Position numbers and translations under genes: made by a program. Under the pieces are notes generated by a model. It worked only from the letters and a program-made list of their open reading frames with translations, was not told the DNA's origin and did not search any database. Positions 1 to 9,453 of a stretch of 45,148 bases of DNA are shown piece by piece (position 1 is the stretch's first letter; each line of letters begins with the position of its first letter). Source of the DNA: Meiothermus sp. (GTDB lineage: Bacteria; Deinococcota; Deinococci; Deinococcales; Thermaceae); assembly GCA_033762915.1 (NCBI GenBank), contig JANRLD010000008.1, positions 1-45,148 of the forward strand, written 5' to 3'.

Positions 1-633
1 AGGATAGCCACGAATCTGCACGTCGCCCTCTTGCAGGATGTTGAACAGCGCCACCTGAACTTTGGGGGCGAGGTCGGCGACCTCGTTGATGCCGAAGATG
101 CCCCGATTGGCCCGGGGCAGCAAGCCATAGTGGACGGCCTCGAGGTCGGAGAGGCCGGTCCCGCGCTTGGCGGCCTTAATCGGGTCGATGTCGCCCAGGA
201 TGTCGGCCACAGTGGTGTCGGGGGTGGCCAGCTTCTCGACGTAGCGCTCGCTGCGGGGAATCCAGACGATGGGGGCATCGTCACCCGCCTCCTCGACCAT
301 CCGCCTGCCTTCGGCGGATAGAGGGAACAGCGGGTTGTCGCGGATGTCGGTGGGGAGTGCGGGAATCTCCGGGTCGAGCAGCTCGGTGAGCTGGCGCAGG
401 ATGCGGCTCTTGGCCTGGCCGCGCAGCCCCAGCAGGATGAAGTTGTGCCGGGCCAGGATGGCGTTCACCAGGTTGGGGATCACCGAGTCGTCGTAAGACT
501 GCACGCCGGGGAACAGCCGATCGCCGGAGCGCAGCTTTTCGATCAGGTTGTGCCGCGCCTCGTCCTTGACCCGGCGTTTAAGCTTCTCGAGGGGATAAGT
601 GCGTTTTAACTCGCCCAACGTTTTGATTTTCAT
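1..633 (-). CDS. Magnesium-chelatase (ChlI-like) family AAA+ ATPase, truncated by the window edge
   Basis: Not in the ORF track. Manual translation from ATG at 633 gives [17 protein letters not shown]...[12 protein letters not shown] (Walker A-like)...[28 protein letters not shown]...[48 protein letters not shown] lies 6 nt upstream. Confidence 0.85.
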   Translation of the reverse strand, partial: MKIKTLGELKRTYPLEKLKRRVKDEARHNLIEKLRSGDRLFPGVQSYDDSVIPNLVNAILARHNFILLGLRGQAKSRILRQLTELLDPEIPALPTDIRDNPLFPLSAEGRRMVEEAGDDAPIVWIPRSERYVEKLATPDTTVADILGDIDPIKAAKRGTGLSDLEAVHYGLLPRANRGIFGINEVADLAPKVQVALFNILQEGDVQIRGYP

Positions 634-905
634 TACTCGAGTTTAGTGCCAACGGATTGGAAATATGTAAACCAAGCCGGGGTAACGTCACCTCAAAGCA
701 GAAATTGTCCCCTGGGGGGCGGGCTGAGCCAGACTTTGCGAGGCTTGGCAAAGCCGGGGCAGGCAACCAGCGCTATCCCAAGAAAATTTGTGCACGGAAG
801 ACGCCCAGACCCTCGAGGCCGTAACCTTAGGACCGGAACCCAAACGACCCTGTAACAGCTTGAATAACTGTGTGCGACGACCTTCCGCTTGCTACCATGG
901 TGTCT

Positions 906-1487
906 ATGAACTGCGTGAAGCGTAGACAGGTGTTGAAGCTCTTGGGGGCGACTTCGGCAGCAGCTCTCACGGCCTGTGGCTCGAGCATTCACACCCCGTC
1001 CAACGCCGACGCCAGCGTGCCCGCCCGTTCGGTGCGGGTCGGGTTTGTCAGCCAAGTGCTCACCCAGTTCCCGCTCATCGGGTCATTCAAGCGCTATCGC
1101 AGCAATGCTCAAGGTTCGGAAGACGTCTTCGTGATGCGTACCCCCTTTATGCCGCGCACCGCCCTGGGTGAGGACGAGGGCATCAAGATTGGCGAGCATG
1201 TGTTGCTGCTGGCACGCACTCTCGTGTGTACCCATTGCAACCACGCCATCACCAGCCAGCCCATCCAGCCCCAGTGTGCCTGCTCCTACGCCGGGGCACA
1301 GTCGCTGGCCTGCCGCCAGTCCGGCTGCCAGGTTTTTACCCAAGGTCTGGAGATAGAGATGCACTGTCAGAACTGCGGCTCCATATTCAATCCCGAAACG
1401 GGTACCCCGATCTGGGGCCAGGCGTCTACACGCCTCTTCCCTTATCCCATCGAGAAAGTCGGCAACGAGTTGCACATCTTGTTATGA
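906..1487 (+). CDS. Tat-exported lipoprotein with a Rieske/AioB-like fold and non-canonical metal ligands
   Basis: KRRQVLK twin-Arg, LTAC lipobox, CTH box, CQNCGSIFNPETG box and a GQASTRL tail resembling Rieske proteins. Start placed at 906 because TACCAT (893-898) lies 7 nt upstream. Confidence 0.7.
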   Translation: MNCVKRRQVLKLLGATSAAALTACGSSIHTPSNADASVPARSVRVGFVSQVLTQFPLIGSFKRYRSNAQGSEDVFVMRTPFMPRTALGEDEGIKIGEHVLLLARTLVCTHCNHAITSQPIQPQCACSYAGAQSLACRQSGCQVFTQGLEIEMHCQNCGSIFNPETGTPIWGQASTRLFPYPIEKVGNELHILL

Positions 1488-1645
1488 AGGCTTCTCTTAC
1501 GGCAATCCCCTTCCCAATTCGGAAAAAAACTCCGGGGCCGAAATCCCCACCAAAGTTGCGCGTTGTGCAAGGCGGGGTTCAACTCGAGAAGCGCGTTAAG
1601 GTGCCGACACCTCTTCCGCAGCCGACCCCTTGCCGCCGGCTGTGA
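1484..1645 (+). CDS. Putative 53-aa basic Pro-rich small protein coupled to the Rieske-like gene
   Basis: ATGA overlap with the upstream stop codon; MKASLTAIPFPIRKK...KLRVVQGG...; ends just before a hairpin. Confidence 0.35.
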   Translation: MKASLTAIPFPIRKKTPGPKSPPKLRVVQGGVQLEKRVKVPTPLPQPTPCRRL

Positions 1646-1661
1646 ACTCATAAAGCAACAA

Positions 1662-1683
1662 CCCCCTCCTGTCGCGGAGGGGG
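1662..1683 (-). terminator. Intrinsic terminator hairpin between convergent genes
   Basis: CCCCCTCC-N6-GGAGGGGG with an A-rich left flank (U-rich tail on the minus strand). Confidence 0.55.
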
Positions 1684-1729
1684 CCTGTTCAGAGGAAAGA
1701 GGGCTCGGGGTCGGAGGGCGGACGTTGCC

Positions 1730-3574
1730 TTAGAACCTTCTCGGCGCGGCCTCTACCGCGCTACGAAAAAATTCGAAGACCTGAACCTTGGGGGCGTTGG
1801 CGGCCTGGGCGGCGGGCGCAACGCGGTAGGAGGTGGCCTCGAGGTCGATCAGGCCGCTCTCGGCGCTGCTGGTCAGGCGGATGCTGGCCCCAGCGGGGAC
1901 GCGGAACCAGATGTCAATCTCCTCTTGCAGCGGCAGCACCAACGCGTTGTCGGCCAGGGCCCCGGCCTGGACCCCGGCGAGGAAGATCACGCGGGCCTCG
2001 CGGGGTTCTTGGATCTCGAGCATGAGCGGGGCGGCACGGCCCGAGATGCCCACACCCAGGGGGTTCTCCACGTAGATGTGGCCCTTGAGGTGGAGCAAAC
2101 TGGCCTCATCGCTGCCGGCCCACATGATGCCGGAGGTAGAGTTCTGGGCGGGGGTGCGCACCCAGCGGACGTGGCGGCCCTCGACCTCGAAGCCCTGGCC
2201 GAAGCGGGCCTCCTCGAGCATCGCCAGCTCGTTGCCACGGGCCACCTCGTTGGTGGTGGGGGCCATGGTCAGGGGCTCGGCCATGCCCAGCCAGCTCTTG
2301 AGGCCGTAGCGCGTCCAACCGGGCAGGGTGTTGACGAAGGTGCCCCAGTCGGCGGTGTCGCCCGCCATCAGGCGGTGGTAGGCCTCGGCCATGCGCTGCT
2401 CTTCCATCGCGCATTGCAGGGCGGCCTGGCGGTGGTACTGCTGGCGGCGACCCGGCTGGAGGCCCAGGTAGAGCACCCGGCGGCTGGCATCGTCGGCGAA
2501 CTGCCACTGGCCGCTGTAGACCAACCAGCCGCGCCGCTCGAGTTCGTCGAGGTAGGGCGTGGCTTCCAGCGCGTCCAGCAAGCCCTGGCTGTAGCTGCCG
2601 GGGTGCACCGAGAGCCGCTCGAGGGCCAGCCGGGCCTCCAGCGAGAGCATCCGGGCCTCGAGCTGCACCTGGGCGCGGACCCGCTGGGGCAGGGGGATCT
2701 CGGTACCGGTATGGGGCACCGCCAGCAACTCGCGCAGGTGGCCGGGCGAGCCGCCCGAGGCCAGGAACAGCCGGGCGGCTTGGATGAACGGCAGGTTGGA
2801 GAGCATCGAAGCCCGCGCCTCGGCCCAGGCCAGCGGGGGCAGGGTGATGTAGCGGGTCCGTTCGGCGGGATAGTGGGAACGAAGCTCCAGAATCAACCGG
2901 GGGTCTTCGCCGTAGCTGCTGCGCTCGACCACCCACAGGCCGTCGCGGTCGGTAAGGATGCGCTCAATCGCGACGTCGGTGTAGGGCGGTCGCAGGTAGT
3001 GCAGGGCCTTGCCGCCACCGCGGGGTCCTTCCAGGAAGGGCATCCCCAGGGTTTTGGCCATGGCCTGGGCGAAGGCGGTGCGGCCCGAGCCGGGGCGACC
3101 CATCAGGATCAGGACCGAGGGGAGCGCAAGCTGTGCGGCAACTTCCTGCACCAATCGCTCACGCCCAACCGTACCCGAGGAGTTGGCCATCAGTTGCGAG
3201 CGCTGGCCCTCGAGCCAGGCCCTAAACTCGACCGACAGCTCCTCCAAACCCTCCATCGGCGCGCCGGGCGAGGGAGTCCGATCCAGCGAGACGAACGGGG
3301 GGAGTTGGAGGGGGTCTTCGCCCGCTTTAAACAGCGTGTAGCCCAGCGGGGCCAGGGCTTGGCTGAGGCGGTGCAACTCCACACGGAGGTTCTGCGAGGC
3401 GGCGGTGTGACCCCACAGCAGGTCGGCCAGCACCTCGCGGCGGGTCGCGCCCTCGAGGGCCAGGTAGTAGAGAATGGCCAGGCCCTTGCGCTGAAGCTTC
3501 AGCTCGCGGCCCTGGTACTCTAGGCGGCTGGGCCCCCAGAGCTTGAGTTGGATTGGTCCACCTGCTTTATTCAT
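1730..3574 (-). CDS. SARP/AfsR-like transcriptional regulator (wHTH, short BTAD-like segment, degenerate P-loop, C-terminal beta-rich domain)
   Basis: LKLWGP...LAILYYLALEGATRREVLADLLWG...NLRVELHRL; EFRAWLE; GRPGSGRT. AGGAG RBS before ATG 3574. Confidence 0.8.
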   Translation of the reverse strand: MNKAGGPIQLKLWGPSRLEYQGRELKLQRKGLAILYYLALEGATRREVLADLLWGHTAASQNLRVELHRLSQALAPLGYTLFKAGEDPLQLPPFVSLDRTPSPGAPMEGLEELSVEFRAWLEGQRSQLMANSSGTVGRERLVQEVAAQLALPSVLILMGRPGSGRTAFAQAMAKTLGMPFLEGPRGGGKALHYLRPPYTDVAIERILTDRDGLWVVERSSYGEDPRLILELRSHYPAERTRYITLPPLAWAEARASMLSNLPFIQAARLFLASGGSPGHLRELLAVPHTGTEIPLPQRVRAQVQLEARMLSLEARLALERLSVHPGSYSQGLLDALEATPYLDELERRGWLVYSGQWQFADDASRRVLYLGLQPGRRQQYHRQAALQCAMEEQRMAEAYHRLMAGDTADWGTFVNTLPGWTRYGLKSWLGMAEPLTMAPTTNEVARGNELAMLEEARFGQGFEVEGRHVRWVRTPAQNSTSGIMWAGSDEASLLHLKGHIYVENPLGVGISGRAAPLMLEIQEPREARVIFLAGVQAGALADNALVLPLQEEIDIWFRVPAGASIRLTSSAESGLIDLEATSYRVAPAAQAANAPKVQVFEFFRSAVEAAPRRF

Positions 3575-4091
3575 GCGCGCTCCTTGCAAGGATCCTCCTG
3601 GGTTCGGCTGCAGCCTTGTGCAAGTCCCCTGTGAGCATTCACCGGCGGTTTGGGTCGCCAGCACTACCGACTAGGTAGTTATCAGAGCAATAAGTATTTC
3701 ACATGGGGTTGTTCGCCAAAGACTTCGTTTCGCCCAGCTCAGGATGCAGTTACGTTCGAGGCGGTTTTCTTCGTCTCAAAGGTAACTCTTGCTCGTAACC
3801 TCCCTTTCTAAGCGTTAACTCGCGTTAACCTATGGACTAAGGCTAACATAACGAAGCGCCTCAGTTGGGTTATTACACACACCCACAAACGGGGGGATTT
3901 TGTAGTCGGGGTCTCATCAGAGGCCACTCGAGCCGGCCACCTTTCTGCAAATGCGTTACTCACGCTCAAAACGGCCATTATCCCGGCAGGTAACGTGACT
4001 CGCCGAGACACGCTCGGTATAATCATCACCCTGTACTGGGTAGTTGTTCGCTACACCGCCCCCGAGCCGAGGCGGACGCCTGGAGAGAGCC

Positions 4092-5033
<942 letters not shown>

Positions 5034-5197
5034 AGGTTGGTCGCGGGTCGTGAAGGGGTCGGCCGTCACCGCCGGTATCGCGTGGGCACTGGTGCCCTTC
5101 GCAGACCCTTGGCACCGCATAAACCGCTACACTCGGGATGACCGCGGTTTTTGCAGGAGACTAGCCCCCGGTTGTTGCCTACTGCCCGTTCCCCATT

Positions 5198-5935
5198 ATG
5201 CCCAAACAGCGCCTCGATAAAGTCCTCGGCCACCTCGGCATCGGCACCCGGAAGGAGATTGACCGGCTCGCCAGGGCGGGCTACATCACCCTGGACGGCG
5301 AAGTGGTGAAGGACTCCGGGTTCAAGTTCGACCCCCAAACTACCCACATCGAGATCGACGGTGACGAGATCGTCTACCGCGAGTTCTTCCACCTGCTGCT
5401 GCACAAGCCCGCGGGCTACATCACCTCGACCAAGGACCGCGACGGCACCCCCATCACCCACCTCTTTGACGAGGAGTTCCAGCGCGACTGGATGCCGGTG
5501 GGGCGGCTGGACAAGGACACCGAGGGCCTGCTCTTTCTCACCACCGACGGCGAGCTAGCCCACCGCCTGACCCACCCGCGCTGGAAGGTGGACAAGCGCT
5601 ACTATGTCGAGCTCGAGAGGCCCGCCACGCCAGAAGATGTTGCGGTCTTCGCGGCCGGGACGCTGGAACTCGAGGGCGAACCGCTCCAACCCGCGGTGCT
5701 GGAGATAGCCGACGACCCCAGGAAAGTGGTGCTGACCATCCGCGAGGGCAAGTACCACCAGATCAAGCGGATGTTCGTCCTGCGGGACAACGCCGTCCGC
5801 TACCTCAAGCGCCTCAGCATGGGGCCGCTGGCCCTTCCGGGCGACCTGCCGGTGGGCGAGTACCGGTATCTCGAGCCCCACGAGGAGCGGGCGCTGTACG
5901 CGGCGGTGGGGCTGGGACCGTATGGGGGATCATGA
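5198..5935 (+). CDS. rsuA: RsuA-family rRNA pseudouridine synthase (S4 plus catalytic domain)
   Basis: RLDK S4 start, HKPAGY, VGRLDKDTEGLL, EGKYHQIKRM. Confidence 0.9.
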   Translation: MPKQRLDKVLGHLGIGTRKEIDRLARAGYITLDGEVVKDSGFKFDPQTTHIEIDGDEIVYREFFHLLLHKPAGYITSTKDRDGTPITHLFDEEFQRDWMPVGRLDKDTEGLLFLTTDGELAHRLTHPRWKVDKRYYVELERPATPEDVAVFAAGTLELEGEPLQPAVLEIADDPRKVVLTIREGKYHQIKRMFVLRDNAVRYLKRLSMGPLALPGDLPVGEYRYLEPHEERALYAAVGLGPYGGS

Positions 5936-7327
5936 GTCCCCCCGGTGGCCTAGCTCCCACAGCTCGAGCCACCGGACCTCCCCGAGCCCGCCCATCCCCA
6001 CGCCGGGCTGGCGGGGGTAGGTGCGGGTCGAGAGCGCCCGTCCCTGGCAGAAAACTTCCAGCGTGGTGGCGTCGGCGAAGATGTGCAGGCGTAGGGTTTC
6101 GCAGGGGCTCAAGGGCATGCGGGGCGGGGACGGCGTGACCAGGGAGGGCGTGGTGTCGGTCACCAGCGAACCCTCGAGCCACAGTCCGGGCTCTGCCGGA
6201 TCGTAGACCAGCCTGGCCTGCTCGGCGCCGTCGGCAGACCGGTGCAAGGTCAGCTCGAGCCGTTGAGCGGGGTCGGCCTCGAGCAACACCTCGAACGCCG
6301 GGCCGCCGACCCCGAACGAACCCTGGCGCTCCAGACTGCCCGACACCCGCCAACTCCGACCCCGCAGGGCCTCGAGCCCAGGCGCGGGCTCTTGCAGGAG
6401 CTGTCCGTCGGCAAGCCTCAGCACCCGCGGGAGCGACATACAGCCCGACCAGCCGACCCCGACCTGCTCCTCGACACTCAGCCGCTCGGTTAGCCAGCCG
6501 AACATGACCCACTCCCCGCCGGGGCTGAGGAAGGCTTGCGGGGCGTAGAAGCTGTCGCCCCAGTCGAGCTTGCTGCCGCCTTCCACCTCGAGGCGGTTGT
6601 TGGCGTATATGCCCGACAAGTAGGCGGTTGAATAGCCCCGGTGCTGATACCAGACCGAAAGTATCAGGGCGGCCCTACCCCCGAAGGGGATCATCTGGCT
6701 GCATTCCCACACCGAGCCTGTCCAGACGGGCCGCTGGGCCGCGCCGCTGCCCTCGGCCAGCCAACCCAGGAAGCGCCACTCGAGCAGGTCATCCGAGCCG
6801 TACAGGGCTGCAGCCCCGCCCACGCCACGTATGCCCGCACCCACGGTCATCTTCCAGCCGTCGCCCTCCCGCCACACAACCGGATCACGCCAGCCCTCCA
6901 GCAGCCTGCCGGCCACAGGACGGTCGTATTTCCACTCCAGCAGGGGTCGGGGGTGCTTGGTAAAGTGGATACCGTCCTCAGAGCTGGCCAGAGCGATGCT
7001 AACCGTGGCAGCCCCCTCGTCGCCCGGGTCGAAGTCACGGACGGCGGTGTAGATCAGCTTGAGTTGGCCCTCATGCTCGACGGCGCAGCCCGACCAGCAG
7101 CCGCTGCCGTCGAGCGGCCCGCCTGGCGACAGCGCGGTGGGCAGATGCTGCCAGTGCACCAGGTCGCTCGAGACCGCATGACCCCAGTGAATGTTGCCCC
7201 AGCGGGGTTGGTCGGGGTTCCACTGGTAAAACAGGTGGTATTGCCCCCGCCAGAAGATCAGCCCGTTGGGGTCGTTGAGCCAGCTATCGGTGGGGGGGAG
7301 GAAGTGGTAAACAGGTTTCTTGGTCAT
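5930..7327 (-). CDS. Glycoside hydrolase family 32 (beta-fructofuranosidase / sucrose-6-phosphate hydrolase), cytoplasmic
   Basis: WLNDPNG, WGHAVS, WSG, RDP, WEC and FYAPQ motifs; no signal peptide. Confidence 0.93.
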   Translation of the reverse strand: MTKKPVYHFLPPTDSWLNDPNGLIFWRGQYHLFYQWNPDQPRWGNIHWGHAVSSDLVHWQHLPTALSPGGPLDGSGCWSGCAVEHEGQLKLIYTAVRDFDPGDEGAATVSIALASSEDGIHFTKHPRPLLEWKYDRPVAGRLLEGWRDPVVWREGDGWKMTVGAGIRGVGGAAALYGSDDLLEWRFLGWLAEGSGAAQRPVWTGSVWECSQMIPFGGRAALILSVWYQHRGYSTAYLSGIYANNRLEVEGGSKLDWGDSFYAPQAFLSPGGEWVMFGWLTERLSVEEQVGVGWSGCMSLPRVLRLADGQLLQEPAPGLEALRGRSWRVSGSLERQGSFGVGGPAFEVLLEADPAQRLELTLHRSADGAEQARLVYDPAEPGLWLEGSLVTDTTPSLVTPSPPRMPLSPCETLRLHIFADATTLEVFCQGRALSTRTYPRQPGVGMGGLGEVRWLELWELGHRGDS

Positions 7328-7386
7328 CGCGACTTCCGGGATGGCAGCACGAACTTGTCGTATCGAAAAGCCGATGGAGTTAATGA

Positions 7387-8346
7387 CTACCCCTTAACAC
7401 CGCTGCTAACCACGCTGCGCACAAACCAGCGCTGGAAGAAAAGGAAGAGGATCAGCGTGGGGAGGGTGGCACACAGCGCGAAGGCCATCACGTCGCCCCA
7501 CTGGCGGGGGGCCTGGCCAAAAAAGGTCTGCATCACATAGGGCAGGGTGGCGTAGGTGTCGCCGCGCACCACCATCACCGGCCACAGCAGGTTACCCCAC
7601 AGGGCCAGGAATTGTAGCACTGTCACGGTGGCGAAGACCGGCCCCGACAGCGGCAGAACGATCTGCCAGAAGGTGCGGAAGCGGCTGGCTCCGTCCACGA
7701 AGGCGGCCTCCTCGAGCTCCTTGGGCAGAGAGATGAAGAACTGGTAAAACAGGTAGATGCTGAAGGCGCTGGCGGCGAAAGGGATGATCTGTACGTGGTA
7801 ACTGTCCAGCCAGCCAAAGCTGTTCACAAGAAGCAGAAGTGGAACCGCCACAGCCGCAAAGGGGATGATGATTAGGGAGATCACCAGGGTGATCAGGGCC
7901 TCGCGCCCCCAGAAGCGGATCCGGGCGATTGCGTAGGCGAACATCGAGTTGACGATCAGCCCCAGAATCACCGTCAGGCTGACGACCAAGCTGCTGTTAA
8001 ACAACGCCCGCCAGAACTGAACCCGCTGGGTCATGTCAACGTAGTTCTGGGTTCCGCTGGCGCACATCTGGGACACCTGACGCTCGCGGAACTGATCGGC
8101 GCTCTCGCCGGGGTTTTGACTCAGGGGACGCTCGGGCTGGGCGGTGTCGGGGGGCCGCACCATGGCGCAGGCGGGCAGGAACCCGCTGATGCCGCCGAGT
8201 TCGCGCTGGAGTGTTAGTTCATCATTCTTAAAGGTGGTAGTGAACATGAACAGCAGGGGGAACAGGAAGAAAAAGGCCAGCAGCACCAAAGCCGCATACC
8301 CCAGAAAGCTATACATGCGCTTGCGCTGTGTGAGGCTGTTGCCCAT
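7387..8346 (-). CDS. Carbohydrate ABC transporter permease (MalG-like)
   Basis: Multiple TM segments, EAA loop ELEEAAFVDGAS, C-terminal SGVKG. Confidence 0.93.
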   Translation of the reverse strand: MGNSLTQRKRMYSFLGYAALVLLAFFFLFPLLFMFTTTFKNDELTLQRELGGISGFLPACAMVRPPDTAQPERPLSQNPGESADQFRERQVSQMCASGTQNYVDMTQRVQFWRALFNSSLVVSLTVILGLIVNSMFAYAIARIRFWGREALITLVISLIIIPFAAVAVPLLLLVNSFGWLDSYHVQIIPFAASAFSIYLFYQFFISLPKELEEAAFVDGASRFRTFWQIVLPLSGPVFATVTVLQFLALWGNLLWPVMVVRGDTYATLPYVMQTFFGQAPRQWGDVMAFALCATLPTLILFLFFQRWFVRSVVSSGVKG

Positions 8347-8354
8347 AAATCCCC

Positions 8355-9266
8355 CTAGTTAACCGCCCGCTCTTCGGGCAGCAGGCGACGCTGGATCAGT
8401 GAGAGGATGAACACGATGATGAAGAAGACCACCGCAATCGCGCTGGCCCGTCCCACCGCCCCCAGCTGGAAGCCCTGCTCGACCATCCGCAGCAGCACTG
8501 TGGCGGTGCTCTCGCGATCCACCACCCCGCCCGTGGCCATCACGTAGACCTGGTCGAAGAGCTGGAAGGCCAGGATCATGGTAGTCATCAAGATGAAGAT
8601 CGTGGTGTTGCGCAGTTGTGGCAGGGTTACGCTCCAGAACTGCTGGGCGGGGGTCGCACCGTCGATATTAGCAGCCTCGTAGAGCTCGGCAGGGATGCTC
8701 TGCAAACCCGCCAGGTAGACCAGCATCTGATAGCCCGCGCCCTGCCAGATCGACAGCAACATGATTGCCGGGAAGGCCGTATACGGGTTGCCGAGCCAGT
8801 TGACCTCGCGTATCGCCCCGAAGGTTATGGTGGCCACGAAAGAGTTGATGATACCCTCGGGCGAGTTATAGAGCAGGCTCCAGATCACCGCCACCACCGC
8901 CATCACGGTCGCCGTGGGGATGAAGTAGATGGTGCGGAAGATGGTCACTCCAGGTAGTTTCTGATTGACCAAAAGGGCCATCCCCAGCGCCAGCGCGGTC
9001 TGGAGCGGGGCCACGATTACCACGAACAACACGTTGTTCAGCAGCGGGCGGATGACCGAAGCGTTGGACTCGGGGTCGAAGATGCGCTGGTAGTTCTCTA
9101 GTCCCACGAAGCGGGTCGGTACCATCTCGTTGGGTACCAGGCGCTGGTTGGTGAAGGAGAGGTATACGGCCATCAGGAACGGTACGATCAAGAACACCAC
9201 AAGCAGGATGAGGGCCGGGGCCGACATCAGCCATGCGGTTATGTTGTCGCTGCGTTGAGTCTTCAT
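8355..9266 (-). CDS. Carbohydrate ABC transporter permease (MalF-like)
   Basis: FVGLENY and LAGLQSIPAELYEAANIDGA; GGAGG RBS before ATG 9266. Confidence 0.93.
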   Translation of the reverse strand: MKTQRSDNITAWLMSAPALILLVVFLIVPFLMAVYLSFTNQRLVPNEMVPTRFVGLENYQRIFDPESNASVIRPLLNNVLFVVIVAPLQTALALGMALLVNQKLPGVTIFRTIYFIPTATVMAVVAVIWSLLYNSPEGIINSFVATITFGAIREVNWLGNPYTAFPAIMLLSIWQGAGYQMLVYLAGLQSIPAELYEAANIDGATPAQQFWSVTLPQLRNTTIFILMTTMILAFQLFDQVYVMATGGVVDRESTATVLLRMVEQGFQLGAVGRASAIAVVFFIIVFILSLIQRRLLPEERAVN

Positions 9267-9404
9267 AAACCTCCGCCTGAAACCTTCTGGTATGCCCGGG
9301 GCGGCAGCGGGCTGAGTCTGGGCCGTACAACAACCTCGCCCCCGAACCCGGGCCTTACCCTGAACCGAGACTGGAACCCATTCAGTCGATGGCTTCCGCT
9401 CTGA

Positions 9405-9436
9405 CAAGACCCCTCTCGAACTCGAGAGGGGTCTTG
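9405..9436. terminator. Intercistronic stem-loop after the solute-binding-protein gene
   Basis: Perfect 15-bp inverted repeat CAAGACCCCTCTCGA / TCGAGAGGGGTCTTG, the usual position for an mRNA-stabilising or attenuating hairpin in sugar ABC operons. Confidence 0.6.
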
Positions 9437-9453
9437 CTTAACCTCAACCCGAA

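Noticed and set aside
1..633. Magnesium chelatase as evidence of chlorophyll synthesis
   Set aside because: This AAA+ subfamily is widespread in non-phototrophs and no other bch/chl genes are present.
1925..3523. Long antisense ORFs (1925..3523, 27919..29616, 41779..43521, 43600..44922 and others)
   Set aside because: They mirror well-supported genes on the other strand, as expected in high-GC DNA with few stop codons.
3905..3950. Minus-strand CTGATGAG near GAAA, suggesting a hammerhead ribozyme or riboswitch
   Set aside because: Stem II cannot close (no C before GAAA) and there is no room for stems I and III; no riboswitch consensus recognised.
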